Assembly: GCA_963810095.1 (NCBI GenBank)
Contig: CAWEMM010000006.1
Coordinates: 1,152,001-1,216,000 of the forward strand
DNA: 64,000 nucleotides
Reading direction: 5' to 3'
Source: an uncultured Chloroflexia bacterium
Lineage (GTDB): Bacteria > Chloroflexota > Anaerolineae > CG2-30-64-16
Under the pieces are notes generated by a model. The model searched no databases, was not told the origin of the DNA, and saw nothing but the letters and a program-made list of their open reading frames with translations. Position numbers and translations under genes: made by a program. Below, one piece after another: positions 43,435 through 54,468 of this stretch. Position 1 is the stretch's first letter; every line of letters begins with the position of its first letter.

Positions 43435-44951
43435 ATCTCACTTCCCTTTCCCTTCACGAAGCCGCGCGGCTTCTGCGCTCCGCCGAGATCGGCGCGGTCG
43501 AACTGACCGAAAGCGTGCTGGAGCGCATCTATGCCCTGGATAATACGGTCAAGGCGTACCTCGCGCTCACGCCCGAGGCCGCCCTGGACGCGGCGCGGGC
43601 TGCCGATATACAGTTTTCAGCCGCCCGCCGGGACGGGACGGCGGCATCGCTCGCGCCCCTCCTGGGCATCCCCGTTGCCGTCAAGGATGTCATCACCGTC
43701 GAGGGCGTGCCCCTGACATGCGGCTCGCGCATCCTCGAAGGCTACATCCCGCCCTACCAGGCCACGGCCGTCGACCGGCTTGCGGCTGCGGGCGCGGTCA
43801 TCCTGGGCAAGACCAATACCGACGAATTTGCGATGGGGTCGAGCACCGAGAACTCGGCGTACTTCACCACCCGCAACCCTTGGGACCTGACCCGCGTGCC
43901 CGGCGGCTCGAGCGGGGGCAGCGCGGCCGCGGTCGCCTCCGACCTGTGCATCGCCGCGCTCGGCTCTGACACGGGCGGGAGCGTACGCCAGCCGGCCAGC
44001 CTCTGCGGCATCGTCGGGCTAAAGCCCACCTACGGCCGGGTGAGCCGCTACGGGCTCGTGGCCTACGCCTCCTCTCTGGACCAGATTGGGCCTTTGGCCA
44101 AAAACGTCACGGATGCGGCCCTGCTGCTCGGTACGATCGCGGGACACGATCCCCTGGACAGCACAAGCGTCGACCGGCCCGTGCCAGACTACGCCGCGGC
44201 GTGTGCCGCACTCGGGCGCATTCAGCCGCAGGATGGGCGCCCGCTGGCGGGGCTCCGGGTGGGCGTCCCGAAGGAGTACTTTGTCGCCGGGATCGAGGCG
44301 GCGGTGGAGGCGGCGGTCCGTGCGGCCATCGGCCGGCTGGCAGAGCTGGGGGCCAGCGTCCGCGAGATCAGCCTGCCGCACACCGACCTCGCGCTGCCGG
44401 TCTACTATCTCGTCGCGCCTGCAGAGGCGTCTGCCAACCTCGCGCGCTTCGATGGCATCCGCTACGGTCTGTCAGTCGAGGCGGAATCCCTGTGGGACAC
44501 CTACCTGCGCACGCGCGGGCAAGGGTTCGGCCCCGAGGTCAAGCGCCGGATCATGCTCGGCGCCTATGCCTTGAGCGCCGGCTACTACGATGCCTACTAT
44601 CTCAAGGCGCAGCAGGTGCGTACGCTGATCAAGGCAGACTTCGACGCGGCGCTGCAAGAGGTGGACGTCATTGCCTGCCCGACGAGCCCGACCACGGCGT
44701 TCCCCATCGGCGAGCGCGCGGCCGACCCGCTCAGCATGTACCTGGCCGACGTCTTCACGCTCTCGCTCAACCTGGCGGGCATTTGCGGCCTCTCGCTGCC
44801 GTGCGGGTTCGATCCAACGGGCTTGCCAATCGGTCTGCAGCTGATCGCCGGGCCGTTCGAAGAGGAGCGGCTCCTGTCGACCGCGTATGCCTACGAGCAG
44901 ACAACGGAATGGCATTTACGAAAGCCGGCACTGATAGCAGAGGATGAGTGA
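43431..44951 (+). CDS. gatA: Asp/Glu-tRNA amidotransferase subunit A
   Basis: [43 protein letters not shown]. Confidence 0.97.
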   Translation: MNLTSLSLHEAARLLRSAEIGAVELTESVLERIYALDNTVKAYLALTPEAALDAARAADIQFSAARRDGTAASLAPLLGIPVAVKDVITVEGVPLTCGSRILEGYIPPYQATAVDRLAAAGAVILGKTNTDEFAMGSSTENSAYFTTRNPWDLTRVPGGSSGGSAAAVASDLCIAALGSDTGGSVRQPASLCGIVGLKPTYGRVSRYGLVAYASSLDQIGPLAKNVTDAALLLGTIAGHDPLDSTSVDRPVPDYAAACAALGRIQPQDGRPLAGLRVGVPKEYFVAGIEAAVEAAVRAAIGRLAELGASVREISLPHTDLALPVYYLVAPAEASANLARFDGIRYGLSVEAESLWDTYLRTRGQGFGPEVKRRIMLGAYALSAGYYDAYYLKAQQVRTLIKADFDAALQEVDVIACPTSPTTAFPIGERAADPLSMYLADVFTLSLNLAGICGLSLPCGFDPTGLPIGLQLIAGPFEEERLLSTAYAYEQTTEWHLRKPALIAEDE

Positions 44952-46369
44952 TGCAGGGTGATTTTCGACCGTTTGCCGAACGCATGACAGCAGAGGGGCT
45001 GCCAAGTGTCGTCATTCGGACCTTTGAACACTACTACCAACAACTGGCCGAGGGGCACACCGGCCTGCTCCCGGAGAGCCAGATCCGCCCCATCGAGTCG
45101 CTGCCCGACCTGGAGCATCTCCCTGCCGCACTGATCGCCGCGGGGCACGCGGCCTTGGATAAGGCCGTGATGATCAAGCTGAACGGCGGGCTCGGCACAG
45201 GCATGGGGCTCGAAAAGGCCAAGTCGCTGCTGACCGTGCGCACCCTGCCCCAAGGCGAGACGCTGACTTTCCTCGACATCATCGCCCGGCAGGCGCTGCA
45301 CGCATCGGTGCCCTTGGTGCTGATGAACAGCTTCGCCACCCGGGAGGACTCGCTCCAGGCCGTCGCGAAGTATCCTCGGCTCCGAGGGAGCATTCCGCTC
45401 GACTTCCTGCAGCATAAGGTGCCCAAGGTGCTGCAGGACGGTCTGCGCCCGGCTGACTGGCCGCAGGACCGCGGGCTGGAATGGTGCCCGCCCGGACATG
45501 GGGACATCTACACGGCCTTGATTACCAGCGGTATGCTCGACGCGCTGCTGGCGTACGGGTACGAGGTCGCGTTCGTATCGAACGCCGACAACCTGGGCGC
45601 AGTGCTGGGCAGCCCCGACGGGCTGCGCGTGCTGGGCTACTGCGTCACAAACCGGCTGCCCTTCCTGATGGAGGTGGCCGACCGCACCGGGGCCGACCGC
45701 AAGGGCGGCCACCTGGCGCAGCGGCTCAGCGACGGGCGCCTGGTGCTGCGCGAGTCGGCCCAATGCCCCGATGCGGACATGGACGCGTTCCAGGACATCG
45801 GGCGCCATCGCTACTTCAACACCAACAACCTCTGGGTCCACCTGCCCAGCCTGCGAGAGTGCCTGGCCGAGTTGGACGGCGTCATGGGGCTGCCGATGAT
45901 CCGCAACAGCAAGACGCTGGACCCGCGCGATCCGTCGTCGCCCAAAGTGTACCAGTTGGAGACGGCGATGGGTGCGGCCATTTCGTCGTTCGAGGGCGCC
46001 GGCGCCCTGCGCGTCCCGCGCACCCGCTTCGCGCCCGTAAAGACGTGCGACGACCTGCTCGGCGTGCGCTCTGACGCGTACGTCCTCACGGAGGATTGGC
46101 GCGTCGTCTTGAACCCACAGCGAGGCGAGGACGTGCCCGTCATCAGCCTGGACCCGAAGTACTACAAGCTGATCGACCAGATGGAGTCGCGCTTCCCCGA
46201 CGGCCCGCCGTCGCTCGTCGAATGCGAGAGCCTGACGGTCAAAGGCGACGTCCGCTTCGGGCGGGGGGTGGCGTGCCGGGGGACCGTCGAAGTGGTCAAC
46301 GAGGGGCCTGGGCAGCCGGCGGTAGAAAACAGGGTGTTGAGCGGCCCCATCGCATTAACGGGTGACTGA
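44951..46369 (+). CDS. UTP--glucose-1-phosphate uridylyltransferase, UDPGP (eukaryote-like) family
   Basis: KLNGGLGTGMG, WCPPGHGD, SNADNLGA, KGG, FNTNNLW, QLETAMGAAI, RFAPVK. Confidence 0.92.
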   Translation: MQGDFRPFAERMTAEGLPSVVIRTFEHYYQQLAEGHTGLLPESQIRPIESLPDLEHLPAALIAAGHAALDKAVMIKLNGGLGTGMGLEKAKSLLTVRTLPQGETLTFLDIIARQALHASVPLVLMNSFATREDSLQAVAKYPRLRGSIPLDFLQHKVPKVLQDGLRPADWPQDRGLEWCPPGHGDIYTALITSGMLDALLAYGYEVAFVSNADNLGAVLGSPDGLRVLGYCVTNRLPFLMEVADRTGADRKGGHLAQRLSDGRLVLRESAQCPDADMDAFQDIGRHRYFNTNNLWVHLPSLRECLAELDGVMGLPMIRNSKTLDPRDPSSPKVYQLETAMGAAISSFEGAGALRVPRTRFAPVKTCDDLLGVRSDAYVLTEDWRVVLNPQRGEDVPVISLDPKYYKLIDQMESRFPDGPPSLVECESLTVKGDVRFGRGVACRGTVEVVNEGPGQPAVENRVLSGPIALTGD

Positions 46370-46465
46370 ATGGCCCACTGATCGGACTGATGCAACTGAT
46401 TGGCCCGATCGTTCCTGGATCAGAGATCATCCAGATCAGTTCCATCAGTCAAATCAGCGTCCCAT
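46369..46465. repeat. ~96-bp palindromic element with 9-nt-period ACTGAT units (family C, copy 1)
   Basis: AATGGCCCACTGATCGGACTGATGCAACTGAT...ATCAGTTCCATCAGTCAAATCAGCGTCCCAT. Confidence 0.8.
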
Positions 46466-46495
46466 GTCTGATCACAAGAAGGAGATAACTGTCCC

Positions 46496-47662
46496 ATGCC
46501 CGAACGCATCTCCGCCCGGGTGGCGGCCGTGCCGCCCTCCGGCATCCGCAAGTTCTTCGACATTGCTGCAACGATGCAGAACGTCATCTCGCTCGGCATC
46601 GGCGAACCCGATTTCGTGACCCCCGACGTCATCCGCCAGGCCGGCATGGACTCGCTCACCCGCGGCGAGACACGCTACACCTCCAACTCCGGCATCTTGG
46701 AGCTGCGCAAGGCGATCGTGGCAAAGTGGGCCCAGTTGTACGGCGTCGAGTACGACCCGGAAGCGGAAACGCTCATTACTGTGGGCGGGTCCGAGGCCCT
46801 GTACCTGGTGCTGACCGCCATCCTCAACCCCGGCGACGAAGTGCTGATCCCCGAGCCCTGCTTCGTGTCGTATGAGGCCGAGGTTATCTTTGCCGGCGGC
46901 ACGCCCGTCCCGATCGCGACGCAGGTCGAGACGCTGTTCCAGGTCACCGGCGCCCAGCTCGAGGCCGCAATCACGCCCAGAACCAAGGCCGTCCTGATCA
47001 ACTACCCGAACAACCCGACCGGTGCGATCCTCACGGCCGAATACATGGCCGAGATCGCGGCCGTCGCGGCACAGCACGACCTGCTCGTCATCTCGGACGA
47101 AATCTACGACCGGCTCGTCTATGCCGGGAAACACATCACGTTCAGCAGCCTGCCGGGCATGCGCGACCGCACCGTGATCATTGGCGGTTTCTCGAAGGAC
47201 TACGCGATGACAGGCTGGCGCCTGGGCTTCGCACTCGGGCCGGCCGACATCCTCTCTGTCATGCGCAAGATTCACCAGTACACGATCATGTCCGCGTCCA
47301 CCACCGCGCAGATGGCGGCGATTACGGCCGTGAGCGACCCACGGGCGGAAGAGGCGGTGCTCGCCATGCGCGAGAGCTACAACACCCGCCGCCAACTTCT
47401 GGTCGGCGGGCTGGCCAGCATCGGCCTGCCCGCATTCGAGCCCCGGGGCGCGTTCTACGCCTTCCCCGACATCCGCATCAGCGGGATGACGTCGGATGAG
47501 TTCTGCATGACCCTGCTGGACGAGGAAGCGGTGGCCTGTGTACCCGGCCCGGCCTTCGGCCTGGGCGGCGAAGGGTACGTCCGCATGTGCTACGCCACGG
47601 CCAAGGACAAGATCGAAGAGGCGCTGGAGCGCATGCACCGCTTCGTCGTGCGGCACGGATAG
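46496..47662 (+). CDS. Class I/II PLP-dependent aminotransferase
   Basis: GEPDF, NYPNNPTG, SDEIY, FSKDYAMTGWRLG. Confidence 0.95.
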   Translation: MPERISARVAAVPPSGIRKFFDIAATMQNVISLGIGEPDFVTPDVIRQAGMDSLTRGETRYTSNSGILELRKAIVAKWAQLYGVEYDPEAETLITVGGSEALYLVLTAILNPGDEVLIPEPCFVSYEAEVIFAGGTPVPIATQVETLFQVTGAQLEAAITPRTKAVLINYPNNPTGAILTAEYMAEIAAVAAQHDLLVISDEIYDRLVYAGKHITFSSLPGMRDRTVIIGGFSKDYAMTGWRLGFALGPADILSVMRKIHQYTIMSASTTAQMAAITAVSDPRAEEAVLAMRESYNTRRQLLVGGLASIGLPAFEPRGAFYAFPDIRISGMTSDEFCMTLLDEEAVACVPGPAFGLGGEGYVRMCYATAKDKIEEALERMHRFVVRHG

Positions 47663-47675
47663 ACCACGCTACAAT

Positions 47676-47771
47676 AATGGGACGCAGATCTGACTGATCG
47701 AACGCTTCACCTGATCCTTCGGCAAGGCAAATCAGGTAAATCAGTCCAATCCGTCGAATCTGTGTCCCATT
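47676..47771. repeat. Family C element, copy 2
   Basis: AATGGGACGCAGATCTGACTGAT...ATCAGTCCAATCCGTCGAATCTGTGTCCCATT. Confidence 0.8.
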
Positions 47772-47780
47772 CCTGCGTCC

Positions 47781-48818
47781 CTACAGCGCCAACTCCGCAC
47801 GCAGCCGGGCGATTTCCCCCTCGAACTCCCCGTACAGCCGCGCCTTCTCAGCCTCGGGCAGCGTGCTTGCGCGCACTCCATTCAGGCTGACCTGCGCCAG
47901 TTCGTCCGCCGTGAACCCAAAGTGATCCACCAGGATCTCGTACTCGTGGTTCAGGTCCGTCCCGAACAACGGCGGGTCGTCCGAGTTAACCGTGACCAGC
48001 AGCCCTTCGTCCCACAGCCGGCGCAGCGGGTGCGACGGGTAGTCCGGGTAGACATTCAGGCGCACGTTGCTGGTGGGGCAAAGGTCGACGCCAATACCCT
48101 GCTCGCGCAGATAGGCCACCAGTGAAGGGTCTTCGATCACGCGTACGCCGTGCTGCAGTCGCCGCGGCTTCAGATAGTGAATCACCTCCCACATCTTGTC
48201 CGGGCCGGAAAGCTCGCCGGTGTGGGGAATCCCCGGCAGGCCGGCTGCGGCCGCCCGTTCGAAGCTAGGTTGGAAGGTCGCGGCGCTGTCCATCCGTTCG
48301 TCGCCGGCCAGGCCCAACGCCACCACGCCCCGGTCGCGCGCCGCCAGCGCCATGTCGACCACGTCCATCTGCAGGTCGGGCAAGTCGCGCACGATGTCGA
48401 AGATCCAGCCCCAGCGCACCCCAAACTCCGCTTCCGCCGCCGCCCGCCCCTGGTTCAGCCCATCCAGGATTACCTCCCAGGGCAGGCCCGCGTATTTGAC
48501 GTTTGAGATCATGGTGAACGTGACTTCGGCGTAGCGGATGTTCTGGCGGGCACACTCCCTGCCGAACTCGTAGGCGACAAGCCGGTAGTCCTCGGGGGTG
48601 CGGAGGCACTTCAGGATGGTGATATACAGGTTCAGAAAATGCGTAAAATCGGTGAACCGGTAGTAGGCGCGCAGCCCCGCCTCGTCATCCGCGGGCAGCG
48701 CCTGGCCGTTCTGACGGGCCAGCTGCAGCAGGGTGGCCGGCTGGATGGAGCCTTCGAGGTGAACGTGCATCTCGGCCTTCGGCAGGCGCCGGGCAAACTC
48801 GTGTAACGGTGTCGACAT
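47781..48818 (-). CDS. add: Adenosine deaminase
   Basis: PKAEMHVHLEGS, HTGE, HGVR, CPTSN, NSDDP. Confidence 0.93.
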   Translation of the reverse strand: MSTPLHEFARRLPKAEMHVHLEGSIQPATLLQLARQNGQALPADDEAGLRAYYRFTDFTHFLNLYITILKCLRTPEDYRLVAYEFGRECARQNIRYAEVTFTMISNVKYAGLPWEVILDGLNQGRAAAEAEFGVRWGWIFDIVRDLPDLQMDVVDMALAARDRGVVALGLAGDERMDSAATFQPSFERAAAAGLPGIPHTGELSGPDKMWEVIHYLKPRRLQHGVRVIEDPSLVAYLREQGIGVDLCPTSNVRLNVYPDYPSHPLRRLWDEGLLVTVNSDDPPLFGTDLNHEYEILVDHFGFTADELAQVSLNGVRASTLPEAEKARLYGEFEGEIARLRAELAL

Positions 48819-48988
48819 ACTCTCTCCGTCTCGGTGCGGCTTCATGATCGTTCCGACAGCAACTTTAGCACAAAGACGCGCCGGCCGTGGAATTGCTGCG
48901 CCACTGCGGAGACATTGCGCCCGAGCCGGGACGGGCAGATTGCGCTTCCATGCGGCCCCGTGATATCCTCCGGGGAACGGAGATTGCC

Positions 48989-50500
48989 ATGACGTCCTAC
49001 GAAACTGTTATCGGCCTGGAAGTCCACGCCCAGGTCCTCACCGCCTCCAAAATGTTCTGCGGCTGTGCGACGGATTATGCGGCCGCGGCCCCGAACACCC
49101 ACGTCTGCCCGGTGTGCATGGCCCTCCCCGGCGCACTGCCGGTCATCAACAAGAACGCGGTCGAGAAGACGATCATGGCCGGCCTGGCGCTCAAGTGCAC
49201 GATCGCCGAGCACGCGGTCTTTGCCCGCAAGAACTACCATTACGCCGACCTGCCCAAAGGGTACCAGATCAGCCAGTACGAGTTGCCCTTCTGCCGCGAC
49301 GGCTGGCTCGAGATAACGACCGAGGCCGGGATTCGGCGCATCGGAATTACACGCGCCCACCTCGAAGAAGACACCGGCAAGCTCGTGCACGCCGCGCTCG
49401 GGGGGCGGCTGACGGAGGGCGGCGGAGAGGGCGTCACGACCCTGGTCGACCTCAACCGGGCCGGCGTGCCGCTGCTGGAAATCGTCACGGAGCCGGACCT
49501 GCGCTCGCCCGACGAGGCCTACGCCTACCTCACCAGCCTTCAGCGCATCCTGCGCTACCTCGGCGTCAGCACCGCGGACATGGAAAAGGGCGCGATGCGC
49601 TGCGAGGCCAATGTCAGCGTGCGGCCCGTTGGGCAAACGGCGTTCGGGACAAAGGTGGAGGTCAAGAACCTTAACAGCTTCCGCTCGGTGAAGCTCGCAC
49701 TCGAATACGAGGTGAAGCGGCAGATCGAAGCGTTGACGCACGGCGAGTCCGTGGTGCAGGTGACGATGGGCTGGGACGAAGAGGCGGGGCGCACGGTGCT
49801 GCAGCGCAGCAAGGAGTCGTCCGACGATTATCGTTACTTCCCCGAGCCCGACTTGCCGCCCCTGGAAGTAAGCCGGCAGTGGGTGGAGGAGCTGAGGCAG
49901 CGCATGCCCGAGCTGCCCGAGGCCAAGCGCGCCCGCTTCGTGAGCGATTTGGGGCTGGACCCCAAGGACGCCGCAGTGCTCGCCGAAAACCGCACGGTCG
50001 CCGAGTATTTCGAGGCCACCGTGGACGCACTCCGCGGCGCGCCTCCCGGCATTCCCGGCCCCGAAGCAGCCAAGGATGCGGCGAACTGGATTACGGGCGA
50101 GCTCTTCCGCCTGATGAAGGCCGGCGGAACCGACATGGAGGCAGTACGGGTGACGCCCGTCGCGCTGGCCGAGCTTATCGCGCTCGTGGCGGGCGCGCAG
50201 GTTAACCTCAACAGCGCCAAGCGCGTGCTGGGTGAGATGTTCGATTCGGGCCGCGGCGCCCGCGAGGTGATCGACGCGCTCGGCCTCGGCCAGGTCAGCG
50301 ACGCCGGCGCACTGGCGGCAATTGTAGCAAAAGTCATAGAAGCCAATGAGGACCAGGTCCTAAAGTACCGGTCAGGCAAAGAGAGCGTCTTTAACTGGCT
50401 GCTTGGGCAGGTCATGCGCGAGACGCGCGGCAAGGGCAACCCGGCGCTCGTGCGCGAGCTCCTGGCAGCCGCTCTCGCCGAGACCGCCACGCAGGAGTAA
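48989..50500 (+). CDS. gatB: Asp/Glu-tRNA amidotransferase subunit B
   Basis: [39 protein letters not shown]. Confidence 0.97.
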   Translation: MTSYETVIGLEVHAQVLTASKMFCGCATDYAAAAPNTHVCPVCMALPGALPVINKNAVEKTIMAGLALKCTIAEHAVFARKNYHYADLPKGYQISQYELPFCRDGWLEITTEAGIRRIGITRAHLEEDTGKLVHAALGGRLTEGGGEGVTTLVDLNRAGVPLLEIVTEPDLRSPDEAYAYLTSLQRILRYLGVSTADMEKGAMRCEANVSVRPVGQTAFGTKVEVKNLNSFRSVKLALEYEVKRQIEALTHGESVVQVTMGWDEEAGRTVLQRSKESSDDYRYFPEPDLPPLEVSRQWVEELRQRMPELPEAKRARFVSDLGLDPKDAAVLAENRTVAEYFEATVDALRGAPPGIPGPEAAKDAANWITGELFRLMKAGGTDMEAVRVTPVALAELIALVAGAQVNLNSAKRVLGEMFDSGRGAREVIDALGLGQVSDAGALAAIVAKVIEANEDQVLKYRSGKESVFNWLLGQVMRETRGKGNPALVRELLAAALAETATQE

Positions 50501-50503
50501 AGC

Positions 50504-50845
50504 ATGTCGTTTGACCGGGCCATCGAAGAGATCATCCAGGCCGCGCTGGCCCGCGGCGAGTTCGATAACTTGCCGGGGCAAGGCAAGCCCCAGGACCATT
50601 CGGACTACTTCTCCATGCCCGAAGAGGACCGTTTGTCGTATACCGTCCTCAAGAATTCGGGCTACCTCCCGCCCGAAGTGGAACTGCTCAAGGAAATCGA
50701 CGGCCTGCGCGCTCAGCTTGCGGCCGGGCCGTCCGAATCCGAGCGCCGCTACCTGGCCAAGCAGATCGACGAAAAGACCCTGGCGTTCAATTTGCTGCAG
50801 GAACAGAAGCAGGCGGCGCGGCGCCGCGCACGAAAAAGCCGGTAA
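50504..50845 (+). CDS. DUF1992 (DnaJ-family-associated) protein
   Basis: IEEIIQAALARGEFDNLPGQGKP...VLKNSGYLPPEV. Confidence 0.85.
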   Translation: MSFDRAIEEIIQAALARGEFDNLPGQGKPQDHSDYFSMPEEDRLSYTVLKNSGYLPPEVELLKEIDGLRAQLAAGPSESERRYLAKQIDEKTLAFNLLQEQKQAARRRARKSR

Positions 50846-50922
50846 GCCCGGTTGGACCCTCAGGCGTTTCGTCCCTGAGCTGCGCTCAGGCAACCCCAAA
50901 AGCCGCAACAACAGGGGTGCAT

Positions 50923-51492
50923 ATGTCCCGTCTCTCTCGCTGGCTCTACCGCATCTCCCGGGGCTGGGTCGTCCTCCTCGCGATCGTCGTCTTCTTCGTC
51001 TTCACGCCCCTCGTCCTGCCCCAGCAGGCGGCGCGGTTCGAGGCGGCCGCGGGGTCGGGCCCATCGCCCGATCAATCCTTCTTCTACTCGGCGGGCGACC
51101 TGTACCGGATGGCAGACGCATTCGGCCCGGCCGGCAGGTCCGCCTACGTGCGCGCCCGCTGGACGTTCGACGTGATCTGGCCGCTGGTCTACGCGTTCTT
51201 CCTCGCCACGACCATCAGTTGGCTGGCGAAGCGCGCTTTCCCCGAGCAGAGCCGCTGGCGCCTGTTGAACCTGGTCCCCGTGGCCGGGCTGCTGCTCGAC
51301 TACGCCGAGAACGTCTGCACATCGCTGGTGATCGGACGCTATCCCGCGCAGACACCCGTCTTTGATTTCCTGGCTACGGTTTTTACGCCGCTCAAATGGG
51401 TGTTCGTAGGGGGCAGCTTCGTGGTGCTGGTGGTGGTGGCCATCGCCGCGCTGGTGCAGTGGCGGCGCGGGGCCCGGGCAGAGGTCGCGTAG
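50923..51492 (+). CDS. Hypothetical integral membrane protein (about 4 TM)
   Basis: Four hydrophobic segments, DYAEN motif, GC3-rich codons. Confidence 0.8.
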   Translation: MSRLSRWLYRISRGWVVLLAIVVFFVFTPLVLPQQAARFEAAAGSGPSPDQSFFYSAGDLYRMADAFGPAGRSAYVRARWTFDVIWPLVYAFFLATTISWLAKRAFPEQSRWRLLNLVPVAGLLLDYAENVCTSLVIGRYPAQTPVFDFLATVFTPLKWVFVGGSFVVLVVVAIAALVQWRRGARAEVA

Positions 51493-51543
51493 GGCGAGCG
51501 GCAAACCTCCGGAGCTTATGAAACCCCGAAGGTTTTTGCCGTG

Positions 51544-52326
51544 TCAGCCCACCACCGAGGCCTGCGTCTCGATGGCGTGGTCCCAGGCGTCGAGGAGGTC
51601 GGGCAAGTCATCCAGGCTTGCAAGACGGGCGTCGGGGACAATCTCGTCGCTGGTCTCGTCGCGGAAGGGAGACTGGAGCAGGATCGCGCGCATGCCGATC
51701 TTCAGGGGGCCGGCTACGTCGACGTCCAGCTTGTCGCCGACAAACACCGCCTCGGCGGGAGCCACGTCGAAACGATCCAGCGCCTGGCGGAAGATCCGTT
51801 CGTCCGGCTTGATGTAGCCCGCCCGGCACGAATAAACGCGGACGGGCAGGTAATCCAGCAGGCCAAAACGCTGCAGGTCGGCGTCGTGCACCTCGGGCGC
51901 CCACAGGGTATTAGAGACGACGCCCAGCAAACGCCCCTGGTCCGTCAAGCGGCGCAAGACCTCGGCAGCATTCCCCTCGACAGGCGTAACCACCTGCGAG
52001 ATGACCTCGTAATACGCTTGCATCGCCTCGGGAAAGGCCTTATCGGACACCCGTACGCCCACCGCCTCCAGCCCCTCCCGGATCACCGTCTCCGCTTGGT
52101 TGCTGTAGTGGGTGCGCTTCGCCTTGGCTTCGAGCGCGGCGCCCATGCGGGCCACGGCCCGGATCGCGAGGTCAGGGTCCGCGACCCGCGTGCCGTCCTG
52201 CACTGCAACCTTCAAAAACGCGCGCAGGGCCCGGCCGTTCATTGCCTCGAACGTGTTCTCGGGCGGCTGCTCGTAGTGCAGCAGGGTGCCACCGAGATCG
52301 AATAGGACGGCTTGGATTATCGGCAT
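51544..52326 (-). CDS. HAD-family hydrolase
   Basis: FDLGGTL, VSN, KPDERIF, VGD...DVAG. Confidence 0.92.
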   Translation of the reverse strand: MPIIQAVLFDLGGTLLHYEQPPENTFEAMNGRALRAFLKVAVQDGTRVADPDLAIRAVARMGAALEAKAKRTHYSNQAETVIREGLEAVGVRVSDKAFPEAMQAYYEVISQVVTPVEGNAAEVLRRLTDQGRLLGVVSNTLWAPEVHDADLQRFGLLDYLPVRVYSCRAGYIKPDERIFRQALDRFDVAPAEAVFVGDKLDVDVAGPLKIGMRAILLQSPFRDETSDEIVPDARLASLDDLPDLLDAWDHAIETQASVVG

Positions 52327-52922
52327 CAGGAATTCTCCGTTTTCCTATCGTCAACGCTCGCGGCGGCCATCCCGCTACTGTCGGGTAAATCGAGTCCCAG
52401 AGCGTTCATGATTTTTCGCAGGTTGGTTGGCACGGTCTCGGCCGTGTCGACGACGAGGCGCGGCCCGCTCAGGCGCTCGAGCCGCTCGCGGGCCTGCTGG
52501 TACGCATCCCAATCGCGGACGCGGTGCTCGGGCAAGTCCGCACCCCGGCGCTCGATCCGCTCGCGGAGCAGCGCCTCGTCGGTCGTGATACATTCGATGA
52601 GCCGGAAACTCACCTTGACGCTGCGCACCAACTGCTCGATCGCGTCCTGAAAGCTGCGGTAGCCCGCAGGGCTGTCGACGATGACGCTCGTGCCCACGGT
52701 GAGGTTGTCGCGGGCAATCGGGATGAGCAGCGTGTACGAGAGTGCGCCGGCAAATTGCAGCGCGTTCTCGATCTTCAGCTCGCGCCCCAGCTCAAGGGCC
52801 GCGTCCTTCACCGTGTCTTTGTCCAAGTAGGCCGCGCGCAGCTCCCGCGCAACGGCCCGGGCAAGGGTGGTTTTACCCACGCCCGGCGCGCCGGCGAATA
52901 CGACGAGAAGCGGCTCAGCCAC
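52326..52922 (-). CDS. P-loop kinase (AAA_33-like)
   Basis: GAPGVGKTTLA Walker A; nucleotide-kinase-like layout. Confidence 0.85.
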   Translation of the reverse strand: MAEPLLVVFAGAPGVGKTTLARAVARELRAAYLDKDTVKDAALELGRELKIENALQFAGALSYTLLIPIARDNLTVGTSVIVDSPAGYRSFQDAIEQLVRSVKVSFRLIECITTDEALLRERIERRGADLPEHRVRDWDAYQQARERLERLSGPRLVVDTAETVPTNLRKIMNALGLDLPDSSGMAAASVDDRKTENS

Positions 52923-53648
52923 TCAAAATGCCACCCCTAACAGGCTCAGCACGATCACGATCAGCGGTGCGATGAACACCGCAGGCAGCAAGTTCGCGGC
53001 CCGAATGCGCTTGATGTCGAGCAGCAGAAATGCGATGCTCAGGATTACGACACCGCCCGTGGCAGTCATCTCTACCACCCACGGCGTCGTGCGCGTGACG
53101 CCGCCCAGCGCGGCGCCGAATGAACCGGCGGCGAGGCTGAGCGCACCCTGGTACACGAGCACGGTTGCCGCCGATAGGATCACCCCCGCGCCCAGGCTGG
53201 CCGCCAGCGCCATCGCGGCAAAGGCATCCATCAGCGACTTGACCGCAAGCAGCGTATAGTCGCCCATCAGCCCGTCCTGGATCGAGCCGAGGATCGTCAG
53301 CGGCCCAACGCAAAAGACGAGGCTGGCCGTGATAAACCCCTGCGCAAACGTGCCCTGGTTACCCCCGAACAGCCCGCCCAGCCGCAGCTCGCTCCACCGC
53401 CCAAATCGCTCTAACGCATCTTCGATGCGCAATAGTTCCCCGAGGATGCCGCCGATCAGGATGCTGAACAGCGGGATCAGGATGTTCTTCGTGGTGATGG
53501 CCATGGTCACGCCGATGGTCAGCGTAATCAAGCCCAGGCCCTGCAGCACGGTGATGCGCATCTTCTCGGGCAGGCGATTGCCGAGCACGGTGCCCGCCAG
53601 TCCGCCGGCGACGACCGCGCCGACGTTGATAATGGTTCCGGTAATCAT
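52923..53648 (-). CDS. DUF554 membrane protein
   Basis: GTIIN, FCVGPLTILGS, KSLMD, ANLLPA. Confidence 0.92.
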   Translation of the reverse strand: MITGTIINVGAVVAGGLAGTVLGNRLPEKMRITVLQGLGLITLTIGVTMAITTKNILIPLFSILIGGILGELLRIEDALERFGRWSELRLGGLFGGNQGTFAQGFITASLVFCVGPLTILGSIQDGLMGDYTLLAVKSLMDAFAAMALAASLGAGVILSAATVLVYQGALSLAAGSFGAALGGVTRTTPWVVEMTATGGVVILSIAFLLLDIKRIRAANLLPAVFIAPLIVIVLSLLGVAF

Positions 53649-53868
53649 GCGTTGCTTTCTACTGGCCGGCTTCTCGTTGCAGCGGCGAACCCGGGCGCTT
53701 GCTTCGGCCGGCTACATCCGGCCCGCGGGCGGCGCTCCGCCGATCTGTTCTAAGACAAAAAGCATAGCATGGTTCTCAAATGGGGGCAAGCGCGTTTTTT
53801 GGGCCCAAGGTTGACGCCTGTGGAGAAACGGTGTACAAATACGCTACTTCTCCAACACAAGAGGCATC

Positions 53869-54468
53869 ATGCGCGACGCCGTTCTGGCCTTCGCTAAGCG
53901 ATTCGATTTCGATGAACCGCACTCGCTGCAGGACGAGCGGCTCGCCCTGCTTCTCTTTGACGAGACCGCCCGCCTGGGTCTGCACCATATGGACCAGGTC
54001 CCGCTGGACGGAGAAAAGGCCCTGACCCCCCGGCAGATCCTTTCGTGTGCCGCGCTCCTGCATGATATCGGCTACGTCGAGGGTTACGAGAACCACCACA
54101 AGACCTCTTTCAAGCTCATTACCGGGGAGAAGATCGCGGGCCTGACGAAACACGACCGCCTGCTCGTCGCATTCGTCGCGCGCTACCACCGCGGCGCGAC
54201 GGCCGATCCGGAGAAACACGAAGCCTACGCGGCGCTCTCACCCGAGGATCAACGCATGGTCGCACGGCTCGGCGCGATCCTGCGCTTCGCCGACGGCCTC
54301 GACCGCAGCCATTCAGATGCCGTGCAGGGTATCCGGCTTTCCCTCGAAGGCAACCGGCTGACGGCCGCGCTCGAGCCGGGCCTGGGCGATGACGAGGAGC
54401 GGCTGGCGGGCCAGAAGAAGGCCCACTGGTTCGAGACCCAGTTCAAGGTGCGCGTGGAATTGAGGTAA
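53869..54468 (+). CDS. Stand-alone HD-domain protein resembling the Ppx/GppA C-terminal domain
   Basis: AALLHDIG, HHK, ARYHR, LRFADGLDRSH. Confidence 0.85.
   Translation: MRDAVLAFAKRFDFDEPHSLQDERLALLLFDETARLGLHHMDQVPLDGEKALTPRQILSCAALLHDIGYVEGYENHHKTSFKLITGEKIAGLTKHDRLLVAFVARYHRGATADPEKHEAYAALSPEDQRMVARLGAILRFADGLDRSHSDAVQGIRLSLEGNRLTAALEPGLGDDEERLAGQKKAHWFETQFKVRVELR

Noticed and set aside
46369-47771. CRISPR array
   Set aside because: Units are 9 nt, mirrored, with no unique 30-40-nt spacers, and no cas genes are present.
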